Numbered from the stretch's first letter, positions 1 through 9,988 are shown. The stretch: DNA of 32,000 nt from Methanococcus maripaludis (GCF_002945325.1 NZ_CP026606.1:1200001-1232000), one strand, 5' to 3'. Notes: generated from the sequence alone by a model not told the origin. Translations and numbers: made by a program.

Positions 1-315
1 AAAAATAATACAACAAGATTTTTTTTAATCTGCAATAAAAAAAAGGATTTTAAAACTGATTTAAAACCAAATAAGGTATCCCTTGTAATTGAAATAAATA
101 AAAACATGCCTGGAGCATTTTATGAAGTTTTGGGCGTATTTAAATATCGAAATGTTAATTTAACAAGAATTGAATCAAGACCTTCTAAAAAAGAAATTGG
201 AAATTATGTATTTTACATAGATTACGAATATTATGATGACAATTCTGCGCTACTTAGAGATCTTCGGTTTTGGGCATTAAATGTAATCGAACTTGGAAAT
301 TATTTTGTGGTATAA
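1..315 (+). CDS. pheA: Prephenate dehydratase, C-terminal ACT domain (5'-truncated by window edge)
   Basis: The reading frame is open upstream of the listed ATG at 106. It reads ...NNTTRFFLICNKKKDFKTDLKPNKVSLVIEINKNMPGAFYEVLGVFKYRNVNLTRIESRPSKKEIGNYVFYIDYE, which has the typical N-x-TRF motif and ACT domain of PheA. Stop is at 313-315. Confidence 0.9.
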   Translation, partial: KNNTTRFFLICNKKKDFKTDLKPNKVSLVIEINKNMPGAFYEVLGVFKYRNVNLTRIESRPSKKEIGNYVFYIDYEYYDDNSALLRDLRFWALNVIELGNYFVV

Positions 316-425
316 CAACAGAATATGGCGAAAGAAATTAATTTATCCATTTACATATTTTAAAATGCATTACTATTTATATGAAAACCGCTTACTTACT
401 AAAAATCACTTATTCGGGTGTTAAA

Positions 426-1676
426 ATGGAAAGTTACATTCAAAACTTGTTTGCTGAAAGAATTGGCGGCAAAAGCTTTGGAAAAGAAGATGTAATCTAC
501 AAATTCGAAAAAATTAAAAGAGCAAAACAGGCTGCGAAATTAAAGTATCCCGACATGGAATTAATCGACATGGGTGTTGGAGAACCTGATGAAATGGCTG
601 ACGAGTCCGTAGTTGAAGTTTTATGCGAAGAAGCAAAAAAACACGAAAATAGAGGATATTCTGACAACGGTGTTCAGGCATTAAAAGACGAAATCCCAAT
701 TTACATGGAAAAAATCTTTGGGGTTAAAGATTTAGATCCTGTAAACGAAGTAGTTCACTCAATCGGATCAAAACCTGCTTTAGCATACATTACATCAGTG
801 TTTATCAATCCTGGCGATGTAACCTTAATGACAGTTCCAGGATACCCTGTTACTGCAACACACACCAAATGGTACGGCGGAAGTGTAGAAACCTTACCAT
901 TGTTGGAAAAAAATAACTTCTTGCCAGAACTCGACGCAATTTCAAAAGAAGTTAAGGAAAAAGCAAAAATTCTTTACTTAAACTACCCAAACAATCCAAC
1001 TGGTGCTCAGGCTACCAAAAAATTCTACAAGGAAGCAGTAGATTTTGCATTTGAAAACGATTTAATAGTTATTCAAGATGCGGCATACTCTGCATTAACT
1101 TACGGCGACAAACCGCTTTCATTCCTCTCATTAAAAGATGCAAAAGAAGTTGGTGTTGAAATTCACAGCTTTTCAAAAGCGTACAACATGACTGGATGGA
1201 GACTTGCATTTGTTGCAGGAAACGAACTCATTGTAAGGGGCTTTGCAGCAGTTAAAGATAATTACGATAGCGGACAGTTCATTCCAATTCAAAAAGCAGG
1301 AATTCACTGTTTAAGACACCCTGAAATCACTGAAAAAACAAGGGCAAAATACGAAAGAAGACTTTCAAAAATGGTTAAAATCTTAAAAGAAGCAGGATTC
1401 AACGCAAAAATGCCTGGAGGAACATTCTACCTCTACGTGAAAGCACCAATCGGAACAAAAGACGGCGCTAAATTTGCAAACGCTGAAGAGTTCTCACAAT
1501 TCATGATAAAAGAAAAACTTATTTCAACCGTGCCATGGGACGATGCAGGAAACTTCGTAAGAATGGCAGCATGCTTTGAAGCATTCAAAGACGGCGAAAT
1601 TTCAATCGAAGAAGAAGACAGAATCTTAAACGAAGTTAAAAGAAGATTAACTGAAGTAGAATTTGTTTTTGAATAA
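426..1676 (+). CDS. dapL: LL-diaminopimelate aminotransferase (PLP-dependent class I/II)
   Basis: The ORF MESYIQNLFAERIGGKSFGKEDVIYKFEKIKRAK... contains NYPNNPTG and the PLP-lysine context SFSKAYNMTGWR. The preferred ATG is at 426, preceded by GGGTG, rather than 381. Confidence 0.9.
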   Translation: MESYIQNLFAERIGGKSFGKEDVIYKFEKIKRAKQAAKLKYPDMELIDMGVGEPDEMADESVVEVLCEEAKKHENRGYSDNGVQALKDEIPIYMEKIFGVKDLDPVNEVVHSIGSKPALAYITSVFINPGDVTLMTVPGYPVTATHTKWYGGSVETLPLLEKNNFLPELDAISKEVKEKAKILYLNYPNNPTGAQATKKFYKEAVDFAFENDLIVIQDAAYSALTYGDKPLSFLSLKDAKEVGVEIHSFSKAYNMTGWRLAFVAGNELIVRGFAAVKDNYDSGQFIPIQKAGIHCLRHPEITEKTRAKYERRLSKMVKILKEAGFNAKMPGGTFYLYVKAPIGTKDGAKFANAEEFSQFMIKEKLISTVPWDDAGNFVRMAACFEAFKDGEISIEEEDRILNEVKRRLTEVEFVFE

Positions 1677-1718
1677 ACTTTAAACTTTTTTTAAATTTTT
1701 AATTTAATCCAAATTAAT

Positions 1719-2411
1719 TTAATTTTTATTTTTTTCAAGTTTTAAAAGTGCATTTTTGGCAGCTTTCATTTCAGCTTCCTTTTTACTTTTTCCAATTCCC
1801 TTTCCAAGTATATTTCGGTCCGATTTCACTGTTACAACAAATTTTTTATCGTGGGCCTCTCCAGTTTCTTCTAAATTTACATATTTGATAGTTTTATTGG
1901 ATAATCCTGGAATTTCCTGCAATTTAGTTTTATAATCAATAAAAAATTCTTTTGAACTTTTTTCAATAATTGGAATTATGTGATTATATACAAACTTTTT
2001 AACTGAATCTAAACCCTGATCTAAATATATCGCGGCGATAAATGCTTCAAAAACGTCTGAAACAATTGCTGGTTTATTGTATCCTTCAGAATTTAATTCC
2101 CCTTTTCCTAAAAGTATATAATTGTTAAATTTAAGTTTTTTAGCGTAAGTAAAAAGTGCACTTTCACAGACGTATTTTGCCCGCAATTTTGACATTTCCC
2201 CTTCGGATAAATTTTCTTTTTTAAACAAGTATTCACTAATTATTAAGTCCAAAACAGCATCCCCTAAATATTCCAATCGTTCATTATTTTCTAAATTAGT
2301 ATTTTTCTGTTCATTTATGTATGAAGAATGCATAAATGCTCGTTTAAATATATTTAAGTCATTAAATTGTATATCAAGTTTCGAAAGCAGTTTTTCAAAA
2401 TTTTTCATCAA
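1719..2411 (-). CDS. rnc: Ribonuclease III (bacterial type, RNase III domain plus dsRBD)
   Basis: The signature ERLEYLGDAVLDL, an EGEMSKLRA segment and SDVFEAFIAAIYLD are present. A C-terminal dsRBD-like segment follows (GEAHDKKFVVTV...GKGIGKSKKEAEMKAAKNALLKL). Confidence 0.92.
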   Translation of the reverse strand: MMKNFEKLLSKLDIQFNDLNIFKRAFMHSSYINEQKNTNLENNERLEYLGDAVLDLIISEYLFKKENLSEGEMSKLRAKYVCESALFTYAKKLKFNNYILLGKGELNSEGYNKPAIVSDVFEAFIAAIYLDQGLDSVKKFVYNHIIPIIEKSSKEFFIDYKTKLQEIPGLSNKTIKYVNLEETGEAHDKKFVVTVKSDRNILGKGIGKSKKEAEMKAAKNALLKLEKNKN

Positions 2412-2459
2412 ACCCCCTGCAAAAATAAATTAAAAAAATAGTTAATTATTAGTTTTTAG

Positions 2460-3722
2460 TTAAACAAGGATTTTTCCGTTGAATAAAAGTGGTGGTGAAA
2501 TTAATTTTCCTCTTTGTTCAACTCTATCAAGGGGAACTGCAGTTTTTAAGATTTCAAAGATATTTCCAGAAAGAAGTCCTTTTTTGACAGGTGTTTTTTC
2601 GCCTTTTTTCATGATGTAGCTGTTGCTGATTTCAACTGAAAAGTCCCCTGTAATCGGGTTTGCAGTATGCGTTCCAATTAGTGTGTTGATGTAGAGATAT
2701 TCATCAATGTTTTCCTGTTTTTCAACAGGCTCAATTACGATATTTGTCGGCCCAACTGAAGGAAGGCTTGAATATCCTCTGCTCGCATTTCCAGTAGACT
2801 CTTTTCCTTCAATATTTGCTCTTTTGATATCATACAGGTAGTTTTTCAAAACACCGTTTTCAATAAGTGTTGTTTTTTGAGTTTTGGTTCCTTCACCATC
2901 TACAACTGCAGAATAAAGCGAATAATCTCTTGTTCCATCGTCTTCAATTGTGATGTTTTCTCCAAATACGTCACATTCCAGTTTATCTTTTAAAACTGAT
3001 CTGTTTCTTTGAACGTTTTCAGCGTTAAATGCGGGAATAAGTGTGTAGCTTAAAAGTGAGTTCAAGGCTCTTTGATCTAACACGATATTTCCTTCAAATT
3101 CCGTTTTTATTGCATTTGGATTTTTCAAAAATTCTACAACATTTTCTGCAAGTTCTTTAACATCAAAAATATTGTTTTTTGTTAAATAGTCGTATGCAGT
3201 TTCCCCGTTATTAATTCCCGCAATTGATGCAGAGTAATATGTATTTTCTTCTTCAACATCAACTCCGTTTGAGTTTATAATCCTTGAATAGCCGTAAGAA
3301 TTTGAAACTCCACCGCTTACTGTTGTAATTTTATTTTCTTTTAAAATATCTTTCATTTCAAAGAGTGCATCGATTAACTCTTTTTCAGTCAGTTTTTTGA
3401 CGTCATCATAAAACATTCCTTTTGGATGAGCGTATTTTTCAGGGTTTGAAAAACATGTATCGGAATCGTAAATCAGGTTTTCCATTGCTTTATTTACTAC
3501 ATCAATGTCATTTTTAGAAGAATATGCAAATCCAACTTTTTTATCTTTAATAACTCTTACTCCAATTCCGAAATCATCAGATTCTTCAATACTATCTAAA
3601 TTTTCCCCATCAAGTTCTGAACTGAAGTGTTTTCCTTTTGAAATAAACACTTCGGCTTCAAAACCTTTTTTTTCTGAAATTTCCATAATTCTGTCGATTA
3701 AATACTGTAAATCTGTTTCCAT
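2460..3722 (-). CDS. pmbA: TldD/PmbA family protein (TldE/PmbA-like metalloprotease component)
   Basis: Full-length PmbA/TldE-like protein: FGIGVRVIKDKKVGFAYSS..., NASRGYSSLPSVGPTNIVIEP..., LIGTHTANPITGDFSVEISNSYIMKKGEK. The start METDLQ follows GGTG, so it is preferred over the track start. Confidence 0.87.
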   Translation of the reverse strand: METDLQYLIDRIMEISEKKGFEAEVFISKGKHFSSELDGENLDSIEESDDFGIGVRVIKDKKVGFAYSSKNDIDVVNKAMENLIYDSDTCFSNPEKYAHPKGMFYDDVKKLTEKELIDALFEMKDILKENKITTVSGGVSNSYGYSRIINSNGVDVEEENTYYSASIAGINNGETAYDYLTKNNIFDVKELAENVVEFLKNPNAIKTEFEGNIVLDQRALNSLLSYTLIPAFNAENVQRNRSVLKDKLECDVFGENITIEDDGTRDYSLYSAVVDGEGTKTQKTTLIENGVLKNYLYDIKRANIEGKESTGNASRGYSSLPSVGPTNIVIEPVEKQENIDEYLYINTLIGTHTANPITGDFSVEISNSYIMKKGEKTPVKKGLLSGNIFEILKTAVPLDRVEQRGKLISPPLLFNGKILV

Positions 3723-3829
3723 GATTAGCACCATTCTTTCCATATACTCGTTTTTTATAGTTCATAAATATTTAAATAATATTGTTTTTTAATAATTGAT
3801 GTTATGAACTCTATTTTTGGAGGGAAAGG

Positions 3830-4675
3830 ATGAATATCAACTATAAAGTGTTAACAATTATCCCAATAATTTTAGCACTACTATCTTTGACCCTTGTATC
3901 AGTAAACGGGCTCAAAGAAAGCATTGACGTAAGTGGGGGAACTGAAATAAGTATCCTTGCACCAGCGAACACGGATTTAAGTGTTTTGAAAGAACAACTA
4001 CCCGATTCAGAAGTCAAAATATCAGAGTCTTCAATCGGAACATTTGTAGTAATTAAATCTGGCCTTGAAACTGATGTAGATTCAGTAAGGGCTGTAGTAA
4101 AAGGGTTTTTTAATGTCCAAGACCTTTCAGAATTAAGCTACACTGAAAAACAAATTGGTTCAGTTTTAAGTAGTAAATTCTGGGAAGAAGGAATGAAAGC
4201 AGTAGGATTTGCGTTTATATTTATGGCAATTGTTGTTTACGCGATATTTAGAACACCTGTTCCAAGTGCGGCAGTTATTCTTGCAGCTGCATCAGACATG
4301 GCAATTGCACTAGGGGGAATGAGTTTATTCAATATTCCAATATCGACTGCAACAATTGCGGCACTTTTGATGCTTGTTGGATACAGTGTTGACACAGACA
4401 TCATGCTTACAACAAGGGTATTGAAAAGAAGATCAGGAACTCTTGATGAAAGAATTGCTGGAGCAATGAAAACAGGAATAACAATGTCTTTAACGACAAT
4501 TTTTGCAATGGCAGTACTCTACCTTGTAGTTACATTCGTAGTTCCTGCAGCAGATGTACTTGCAAATATCGCAGCAGTACTTCTTATCGGATTAATTGGT
4601 GACTTAATGCTTACCTGGATGACAAATGCAGGAATTTTAAAGTACTACGTTAGCGAATACAAAAAAGGGAAGTAA
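3830..4675 (+). CDS. secF: Protein-export membrane protein SecF
   Basis: N-terminal GLKESIDVSGGTEISI and YAIFRTPVPSAAVILAAASDMAIALG...GYSVDTDIMLTTRVLKRRSGTLDERIAGAMKTGITMSLTT are characteristic of SecF. secD lies 17 nt downstream. Confidence 0.93.
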   Translation: MNINYKVLTIIPIILALLSLTLVSVNGLKESIDVSGGTEISILAPANTDLSVLKEQLPDSEVKISESSIGTFVVIKSGLETDVDSVRAVVKGFFNVQDLSELSYTEKQIGSVLSSKFWEEGMKAVGFAFIFMAIVVYAIFRTPVPSAAVILAAASDMAIALGGMSLFNIPISTATIAALLMLVGYSVDTDIMLTTRVLKRRSGTLDERIAGAMKTGITMSLTTIFAMAVLYLVVTFVVPAADVLANIAAVLLIGLIGDLMLTWMTNAGILKYYVSEYKKGK

Positions 4676-4692
4676 CTTAACGAGGAGATAGA

Positions 4693-5859
4693 ATGAAATT
4701 GCTAAAAGATCATAAAGTAGTAATTCTTTTAGTATGTGTTTTGGCCTCCTTGCTTCTTATCGCATTTAAAGGAATTTCCTTTGGTGTAGATTTAAGTGGT
4801 GGTTCTACAATAGTCTTACAGACTGAAAGTGAGCTTTCAGAATCTGAAATGACAACTGTAAATGAAATATTAACAAGCAGGCTCAATACAAACGGTCTTA
4901 GTGACGTCAGGATTTACCCAAGGGGTAGTGATGAGATAGTTATTGAGATACCGGAAAGTGCAGATTTAGAACGGATACAAAAGATTTTAACACAACAAGG
5001 GGTATTTACTGCGGTAATTGATAATCAAACAGCATATACTGGACAGGATGTATCATATGTTGAAGAACCTGGAATGACCGCTTCAGGTTACGGGGTAGGA
5101 TTTAAATTAACTCTTGACGGGGCACAAAAATTTGCAGATGTAGCTTATGGAAAAGGCGGATATCCTGTAGAACTCTACATGGATGAAAAAGCAATAAGTG
5201 CTCCACTACTTTCAGCAGATCTTGCTGATGGAAATATACACCAAAATCAGGTAATCACGGTTGCAGGATCTAACCCAACTGAAGAGGATATTGACGAAGC
5301 TTGGGTTATTTATACTGCTTTAAAATCAGGTTCACTTCCTGTAAAAGTACATATCGAATATATCAGTTCTGTTTCACCGACACTCGGTTCAGAATTTATA
5401 AAAGGATCAGTAATTGCAGGAATATTTGCATTTATTGCTGTTGCAGCAGTTATTTCATTTAGGTACAAAAATCCAAAAATAGTTCTTCCAATTTTAATAA
5501 CTGGATTTTCAGAAGTTCTGTTAATTTTGGGTTTTGCATCACTCATTAACTGGAAACTTGACCTCGCATCAATTGCAGGTATTATTGCAGCAGTAGGAAC
5601 TGGTGTGGACCACCAGATAGTTATCACCGATGAAACGATTTCTGGTGAAGCTAAAAAAGTAACCAAAAGCATTAAAAGGGCATTCTTCATTATATTTGGT
5701 GCAGCGGCTACAACAATTGCAGCAATGCTTCCACTGTTTGTGATGGGTATTGGAATGCTTAAGGGATTTGCTATAACTACAATTGCAGGTGTTTTAATGG
5801 GAATTTCAATTTCAAGGCCTGCATTTTCAAGGATCATACAATATGTATTAAAACATTAA
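4693..5859 (+). CDS. secD: Protein-export membrane protein SecD
   Basis: GISFGVDLSGGSTIVLQTE, the SecD periplasmic domain and the TM block AAVGTGVDHQIVITDETISGEAKKVTKSIKRAFFIIFGAAATT are present. SD gaggagataga. Confidence 0.93.
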   Translation: MKLLKDHKVVILLVCVLASLLLIAFKGISFGVDLSGGSTIVLQTESELSESEMTTVNEILTSRLNTNGLSDVRIYPRGSDEIVIEIPESADLERIQKILTQQGVFTAVIDNQTAYTGQDVSYVEEPGMTASGYGVGFKLTLDGAQKFADVAYGKGGYPVELYMDEKAISAPLLSADLADGNIHQNQVITVAGSNPTEEDIDEAWVIYTALKSGSLPVKVHIEYISSVSPTLGSEFIKGSVIAGIFAFIAVAAVISFRYKNPKIVLPILITGFSEVLLILGFASLINWKLDLASIAGIIAAVGTGVDHQIVITDETISGEAKKVTKSIKRAFFIIFGAAATTIAAMLPLFVMGIGMLKGFAITTIAGVLMGISISRPAFSRIIQYVLKH

Positions 5860-5910
5860 GTAACACTAATTAAATAAAATAATTTACCTACTTTATTTTT
5901 TGGGGATCAA

Positions 5911-6933
5911 ATGGACAGAAAACAGCACCGGCTTTTAAGAAACATTGTTGTATATGGACTTGGTATCTCCATAATTTCATTTATAATTTACAAAATAGGC
6001 ATTTTTGAAGTCTGTGCAGTTTTAGCATCGGCAAATGTTGGAATCTACTTATTCGCTGTTTTTATTTATTTAGTAACTCTTTATGTTCTTTCAATGCGGT
6101 GGAACTACCTTTTAAAATTAAATGGGTACAGTGCAGGCTCTAAAAACCTTCTTCTTCTAATTACGATGGGCCAATTCATAAACAACGTAACTCCTTCGAT
6201 GAAAGGGGGTAGTGAGCCATTTAGGGCATATTATTTATCAAAATTAGAGCAGATACCATATCACGTTTCATTTTCTGCAGTAATAATTGAAAGGATACTT
6301 GATAGTGTTATATTTTTAATTTTCAGCTTTTTTGTAATAATATATTTTGCTTTAAAAGGCGTAGTTTACACAGAAGCATTCGCTATTGCATGGTTTTTGG
6401 TAATGGCCTTAACAATTTCTATAGTGTATATTGCAATGCACAAAAAATGGGCTTTTAAGATAACACTCCAGATTGCAAAGATTGTTACTAAATTTTCCTC
6501 TAAAACATTAAATGAGCAGAAAATAAAAGATACAATAAACAAGTTCCAAAAAACAATGATATTTTTCAAGGGAAATAGAAGGGGAATGATTACAGCACTT
6601 TTAATTTCATCAGCATGGTGGCTATTAGATATATTTAGAATTTATGTATTGTTTATTGCTATAAGCACAAATGTAGCATTCATATCCGTTGCATCGACGT
6701 ACCTTGTAGCACTTCTTGTTGGAATTTTACCAACACTTCCTGGAGGTCTTGGAACGAGTGATACTGCAATGATTGCAATGTATTCATTCTTTAACATACC
6801 TTATTCAAATGCGGCAGCAGGAACCCTTCTTGATAGGTCAATATCCTATATCGGGGTTACAATTATTGGATCGATAGCCTTTAAAATAATAAAAAAGAAG
6901 TCTAAAGAAAACAGTTACGAAGTTGAAAGTTAG
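5911..6933 (+). CDS. Flippase-like / lysylphosphatidylglycerol synthase TM-region family (UPF0104-like) membrane protein
   Basis: Multi-TM protein with LITMGQFINNVTPSMKGGSEPFRAYYLSK and LPTLPGGLGTSDTAMIAMYSFFNIPYSNAAAGTLLDRSISY, typical of the family. Confidence 0.8.
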   Translation: MDRKQHRLLRNIVVYGLGISIISFIIYKIGIFEVCAVLASANVGIYLFAVFIYLVTLYVLSMRWNYLLKLNGYSAGSKNLLLLITMGQFINNVTPSMKGGSEPFRAYYLSKLEQIPYHVSFSAVIIERILDSVIFLIFSFFVIIYFALKGVVYTEAFAIAWFLVMALTISIVYIAMHKKWAFKITLQIAKIVTKFSSKTLNEQKIKDTINKFQKTMIFFKGNRRGMITALLISSAWWLLDIFRIYVLFIAISTNVAFISVASTYLVALLVGILPTLPGGLGTSDTAMIAMYSFFNIPYSNAAAGTLLDRSISYIGVTIIGSIAFKIIKKKSKENSYEVES

Positions 6934-6942
6934 GTGGATACT

Positions 6943-7362
6943 ATGAATAATTTAAATGTAGTTATGGGCAGGATTGTAAAATCAATGGACGCATTTAGGG
7001 GTTCAAAACCAGTAATTAATAAAGAAGGCATTCTTTCAGTAAGAAGCGTTTGTAGGGATCCCGAATTTGAAAAATATAATTCTATAAAAGAATATTTAAC
7101 CGAAAAACTCGTTCAAAACGGGTTTGAGTTAGCAAATGAAGACGATATTTTGGATATGGTTGCAAAAATAAATAATTTAATTGGGGATTCTGAAACTTAC
7201 GGCGATGAATTCGCATTTGAGGGCGTAAAAAGTGGTTTTGAGGACATCGGGTGCGATTGCGATTATTCCATTGGAAAAAAGGGCGGTGTTTATATCGGAA
7301 TTAGCATGTGGTATGAAAAAGTTTCAAAAGATCCAAAATTTGTCGAAGTAATGGCAATTTAA
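6943..7362 (+). CDS. Small conserved methanogen protein (possibly DUF2120 family)
   Basis: The 139-aa ORF MNNLNVVMGRIVKSMDAFRGSKPVINKEGILSVRSVCRDPEF... overlaps the preceding stop region. AGGTGG at 6932-6937 fits an SD for the ATG at 6943 better than the GTG at 6934 fits a start codon. Confidence 0.6.
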   Translation: MNNLNVVMGRIVKSMDAFRGSKPVINKEGILSVRSVCRDPEFEKYNSIKEYLTEKLVQNGFELANEDDILDMVAKINNLIGDSETYGDEFAFEGVKSGFEDIGCDCDYSIGKKGGVYIGISMWYEKVSKDPKFVEVMAI

Positions 7363-7388
7363 AAAAGAAAAATCAATTTTTTATATAA

Positions 7389-8063
7389 TTATTTTTGGGC
7401 TTTTACTTCTTCAATTGTTTTTTTAATGAATTCAACAACATCTGAAACGCCGTTGTCGTGTTTTATGGCAGTTAATAGAACTTCCATATCTTTGTTAATT
7501 TTTTTTGCATCATTTAACATTTTTTGCGGATCAGCACCAACAGCTTCTGAAATATCTATTTTGTTAATTATGGTCAAATTAGCTGTTTTGAAGATTTCAG
7601 GGTGTTTTTCAACGGTGTCATCTCCTTCAGTGACACTCACAACAACAGTTCTTTTGTGCGTTCCCAAATCAAAGTCTGTTGGACATATAAGATTTCCAAC
7701 GTTTTCAATAAAAATAATATCTAAATTATCAAGGTCTAAGTCATGGAAACAGTGTCCAATCTGATGAGCATCGAGGTGGCATTCTTTACCAGTATTTAAT
7801 GGAATAACTTTAACGCCGTGCTTTTCCATTCTTCCAGCATCGTATTTTGCGATTACATCGCCTGCAATACATGCAATTTTGTACTCGTCTTTTAATTCAT
7901 TGATTAATTTTTCGATTAAAAGAGTTTTACCGCTTCCAATTGCACCCATAAAGTCAAATGCCACGATACCATGATCTTCTAATATTTTCCTGTTTTTATC
8001 TGCATTCTTATTATTTGCCTTAATTATGTCTTTTCCTATATTCAAAACATCAACAAAATGCAT
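7389..8063 (-). CDS. hypB: Hydrogenase/urease nickel incorporation GTPase HypB
   Basis: P-loop GAIGSGKTLLIEKLI, CHLDAHQIGH metal-binding region, IIFIENVGNLICPTDFDLG and NKIDISEAVG. Confidence 0.93.
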   Translation of the reverse strand: MHFVDVLNIGKDIIKANNKNADKNRKILEDHGIVAFDFMGAIGSGKTLLIEKLINELKDEYKIACIAGDVIAKYDAGRMEKHGVKVIPLNTGKECHLDAHQIGHCFHDLDLDNLDIIFIENVGNLICPTDFDLGTHKRTVVVSVTEGDDTVEKHPEIFKTANLTIINKIDISEAVGADPQKMLNDAKKINKDMEVLLTAIKHDNGVSDVVEFIKKTIEEVKAQK

Positions 8064-8230
8064 GAATTATCACCTTAAAACTAGCCATAACTTAAAGAGT
8101 ATAGATAAGTTCAAATCTTATTTTATAAAAATATGTATTATTTGAAAAACGATTAAGCAGTTATAATTACCATTACATTAATATATTAATTCAAAACTAT
8201 TTACAATACAATATGGTTTGGTGTGATATT

Positions 8231-8998
8231 TTGAAGGCTGACAAAGGATTTAATCTGTTATTTTTGGTGATTTCACTATTTTTACTGTTATTTGTATTAC
8301 TTCCCCTGTTAAACATGATTTTAAATCCTGGAAATGTAGCGGGTGCAATTCACGATTCAGAAGTAATTAAATCGCTTCTTGTAAGTATCAAAGCAGCAAG
8401 TACTGCAACAGCATTGGCGATTTTTTTAGGGATACCTCTGTCTTATTTACTTGCAAGATACCATTTCACTGGAAAAAATGTAGTCGAAGCAATTATCGAC
8501 ATTCCTATGGCAATACCTCACTCTGTAATCGGTATTATGATTTTAGCATTCTTCTACGGAACTTCAATTGGAAGAGGAATTGAAAATATCGGTTTTGAGA
8601 TTGTTGACAATTTTTGGGGAATTGTTGTAGTAATGCTCTACGTTGGACTTCCTTACATGGTAAACAGCGGAAGAGATGGATTTTTAATGGTAAATGAGGA
8701 ACTTGAAAATGTTTCAAGAACTCTTGGTGCTTCAAAAATAAAGACGTTTTTTAATATTTCATTACCTCTTATTAAAAATAACCTGGTTTCCGGCAGTATT
8801 TTGACATTTGCAAGAGGAATTAGCGAAGTTGGAGCAATATTAATTGTAGCATATTTCCCAAAAACAACGCCGGTTTTGATATTGGATAGATTCAACGAAT
8901 ACGGGCTTAGTTCTTCAAAACCAATTTCTGTTATTATGATTGTACTGAGTATTGTTTTGTTTTCAGTATTTCGGCTTGTAAGATATAACAAGAAATAA
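8231..8998 (+). CDS. ABC transporter permease, molybdate/tungstate type (ModB/WtpB-like)
   Basis: Permease signature ENVSRTLGASKIKTFFNISLPLIKNNLVSGSILTFARGISEVGAILIVAYFPKTTPVLI. A TTG start at 8231 preceded by GGTGTGAT is more plausible than the ATG at 8213. Confidence 0.82.
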   Translation: MKADKGFNLLFLVISLFLLLFVLLPLLNMILNPGNVAGAIHDSEVIKSLLVSIKAASTATALAIFLGIPLSYLLARYHFTGKNVVEAIIDIPMAIPHSVIGIMILAFFYGTSIGRGIENIGFEIVDNFWGIVVVMLYVGLPYMVNSGRDGFLMVNEELENVSRTLGASKIKTFFNISLPLIKNNLVSGSILTFARGISEVGAILIVAYFPKTTPVLILDRFNEYGLSSSKPISVIMIVLSIVLFSVFRLVRYNKK

Positions 8999-9012
8999 TC
9001 GAGGTTATACCA

Positions 9013-9951
9013 ATGCTTAAGTTAGAAAATTTATGTAAATCGTGGAAAGAATTCCAGCTTAAAAGTGTGAACTTAGAAATTGGAAACAACTACTGCATTT
9101 TGCTCGGTCCAAGTGGTGCTGGAAAATCTGTTATAATTCAGTGCATAACTGGAATTTTAAAGCCTGATTCTGGAAAAATATACTTTAATGGGGAAGATAT
9201 AACTGAAATGCCTCCGGAAAAAAGAAATTTTGGTTATGTACCCCAAAATTACGCACTCTTTCCAAACATGAATGTTTACAATAACATTGCATACGGAATG
9301 AAACTTAGAAAATATTCAAAAGCAGAAATTGAAAAAAAAGTAATGGAAATATCCGAATTTTTGCATATTTCACATATTCTGGATAGAAAACCAACAACAT
9401 TAAGTGGTGGAGAACAGCAAAGAGTTGCAATTGCAAGAGCACTAGTACTCGATCCAAAAATTTTACTTCTTGATGAGCCAACGTCTGCTCTTGATACCAA
9501 CATAAAAGAAAGTGTAATATCGGAATTAAAAAAAATTGGAGAATTAGTTCCTGTAATCCACATAACTCACGATTTTGTGGAAGCGAAAACGCTTGGTAAC
9601 CAGATTGCAATATTAATAAACGGGGAATTAAACGATTTTGGAAATCCTGAGATTTTTAAAACGCCTAAAAATGAAAAAATAGCTAATTTTTTGGGATACA
9701 ATATTATATCCAATAAAGAAGAAACTTTTGCAGTTGCTCCAGAAGAGATACTTGTTAATAAATCTTTAAATGGAGACAATGGTGAAAGTATTACTGGAAC
9801 GGTCGAATCATTAGTTGATTTTGGATATTACAAAAAAGTAACAGTTAATGTTGGAGATACGGCTGTAAAAACTATAACTGATGGTGAAAATCCCGTAAAT
9901 ATTGGAGATACTGTGTCTATTATGTATCAAAGGAAAGTTCCAATTAATTAA
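9013..9951 (+). CDS. ABC transporter ATP-binding protein, molybdate/tungstate type (ModC/WtpC-like) with C-terminal TOBE-like domain
   Basis: Walker A GPSGAGKS, signature LSGGEQQRVAIARAL, Walker B ILLLDEPTSALD, followed by a C-terminal MOP/TOBE-like segment. Confidence 0.88.
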   Translation: MLKLENLCKSWKEFQLKSVNLEIGNNYCILLGPSGAGKSVIIQCITGILKPDSGKIYFNGEDITEMPPEKRNFGYVPQNYALFPNMNVYNNIAYGMKLRKYSKAEIEKKVMEISEFLHISHILDRKPTTLSGGEQQRVAIARALVLDPKILLLDEPTSALDTNIKESVISELKKIGELVPVIHITHDFVEAKTLGNQIAILINGELNDFGNPEIFKTPKNEKIANFLGYNIISNKEETFAVAPEEILVNKSLNGDNGESITGTVESLVDFGYYKKVTVNVGDTAVKTITDGENPVNIGDTVSIMYQRKVPIN

Positions 9952-9988
9952 GTTATCACTATTTTATTTTAAAGTAGCAACTCCGCGA

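Noticed and set aside
5310-5837. 175-aa minus-strand ORF opposite secD
   Set aside because: Antisense shadow of SecD transmembrane regions, with no SD or family resemblance.
7426-7764. 112-aa plus-strand ORF opposite hypB
   Set aside because: Fully inside hypB, which has clear GTPase motifs. Shadow ORF.
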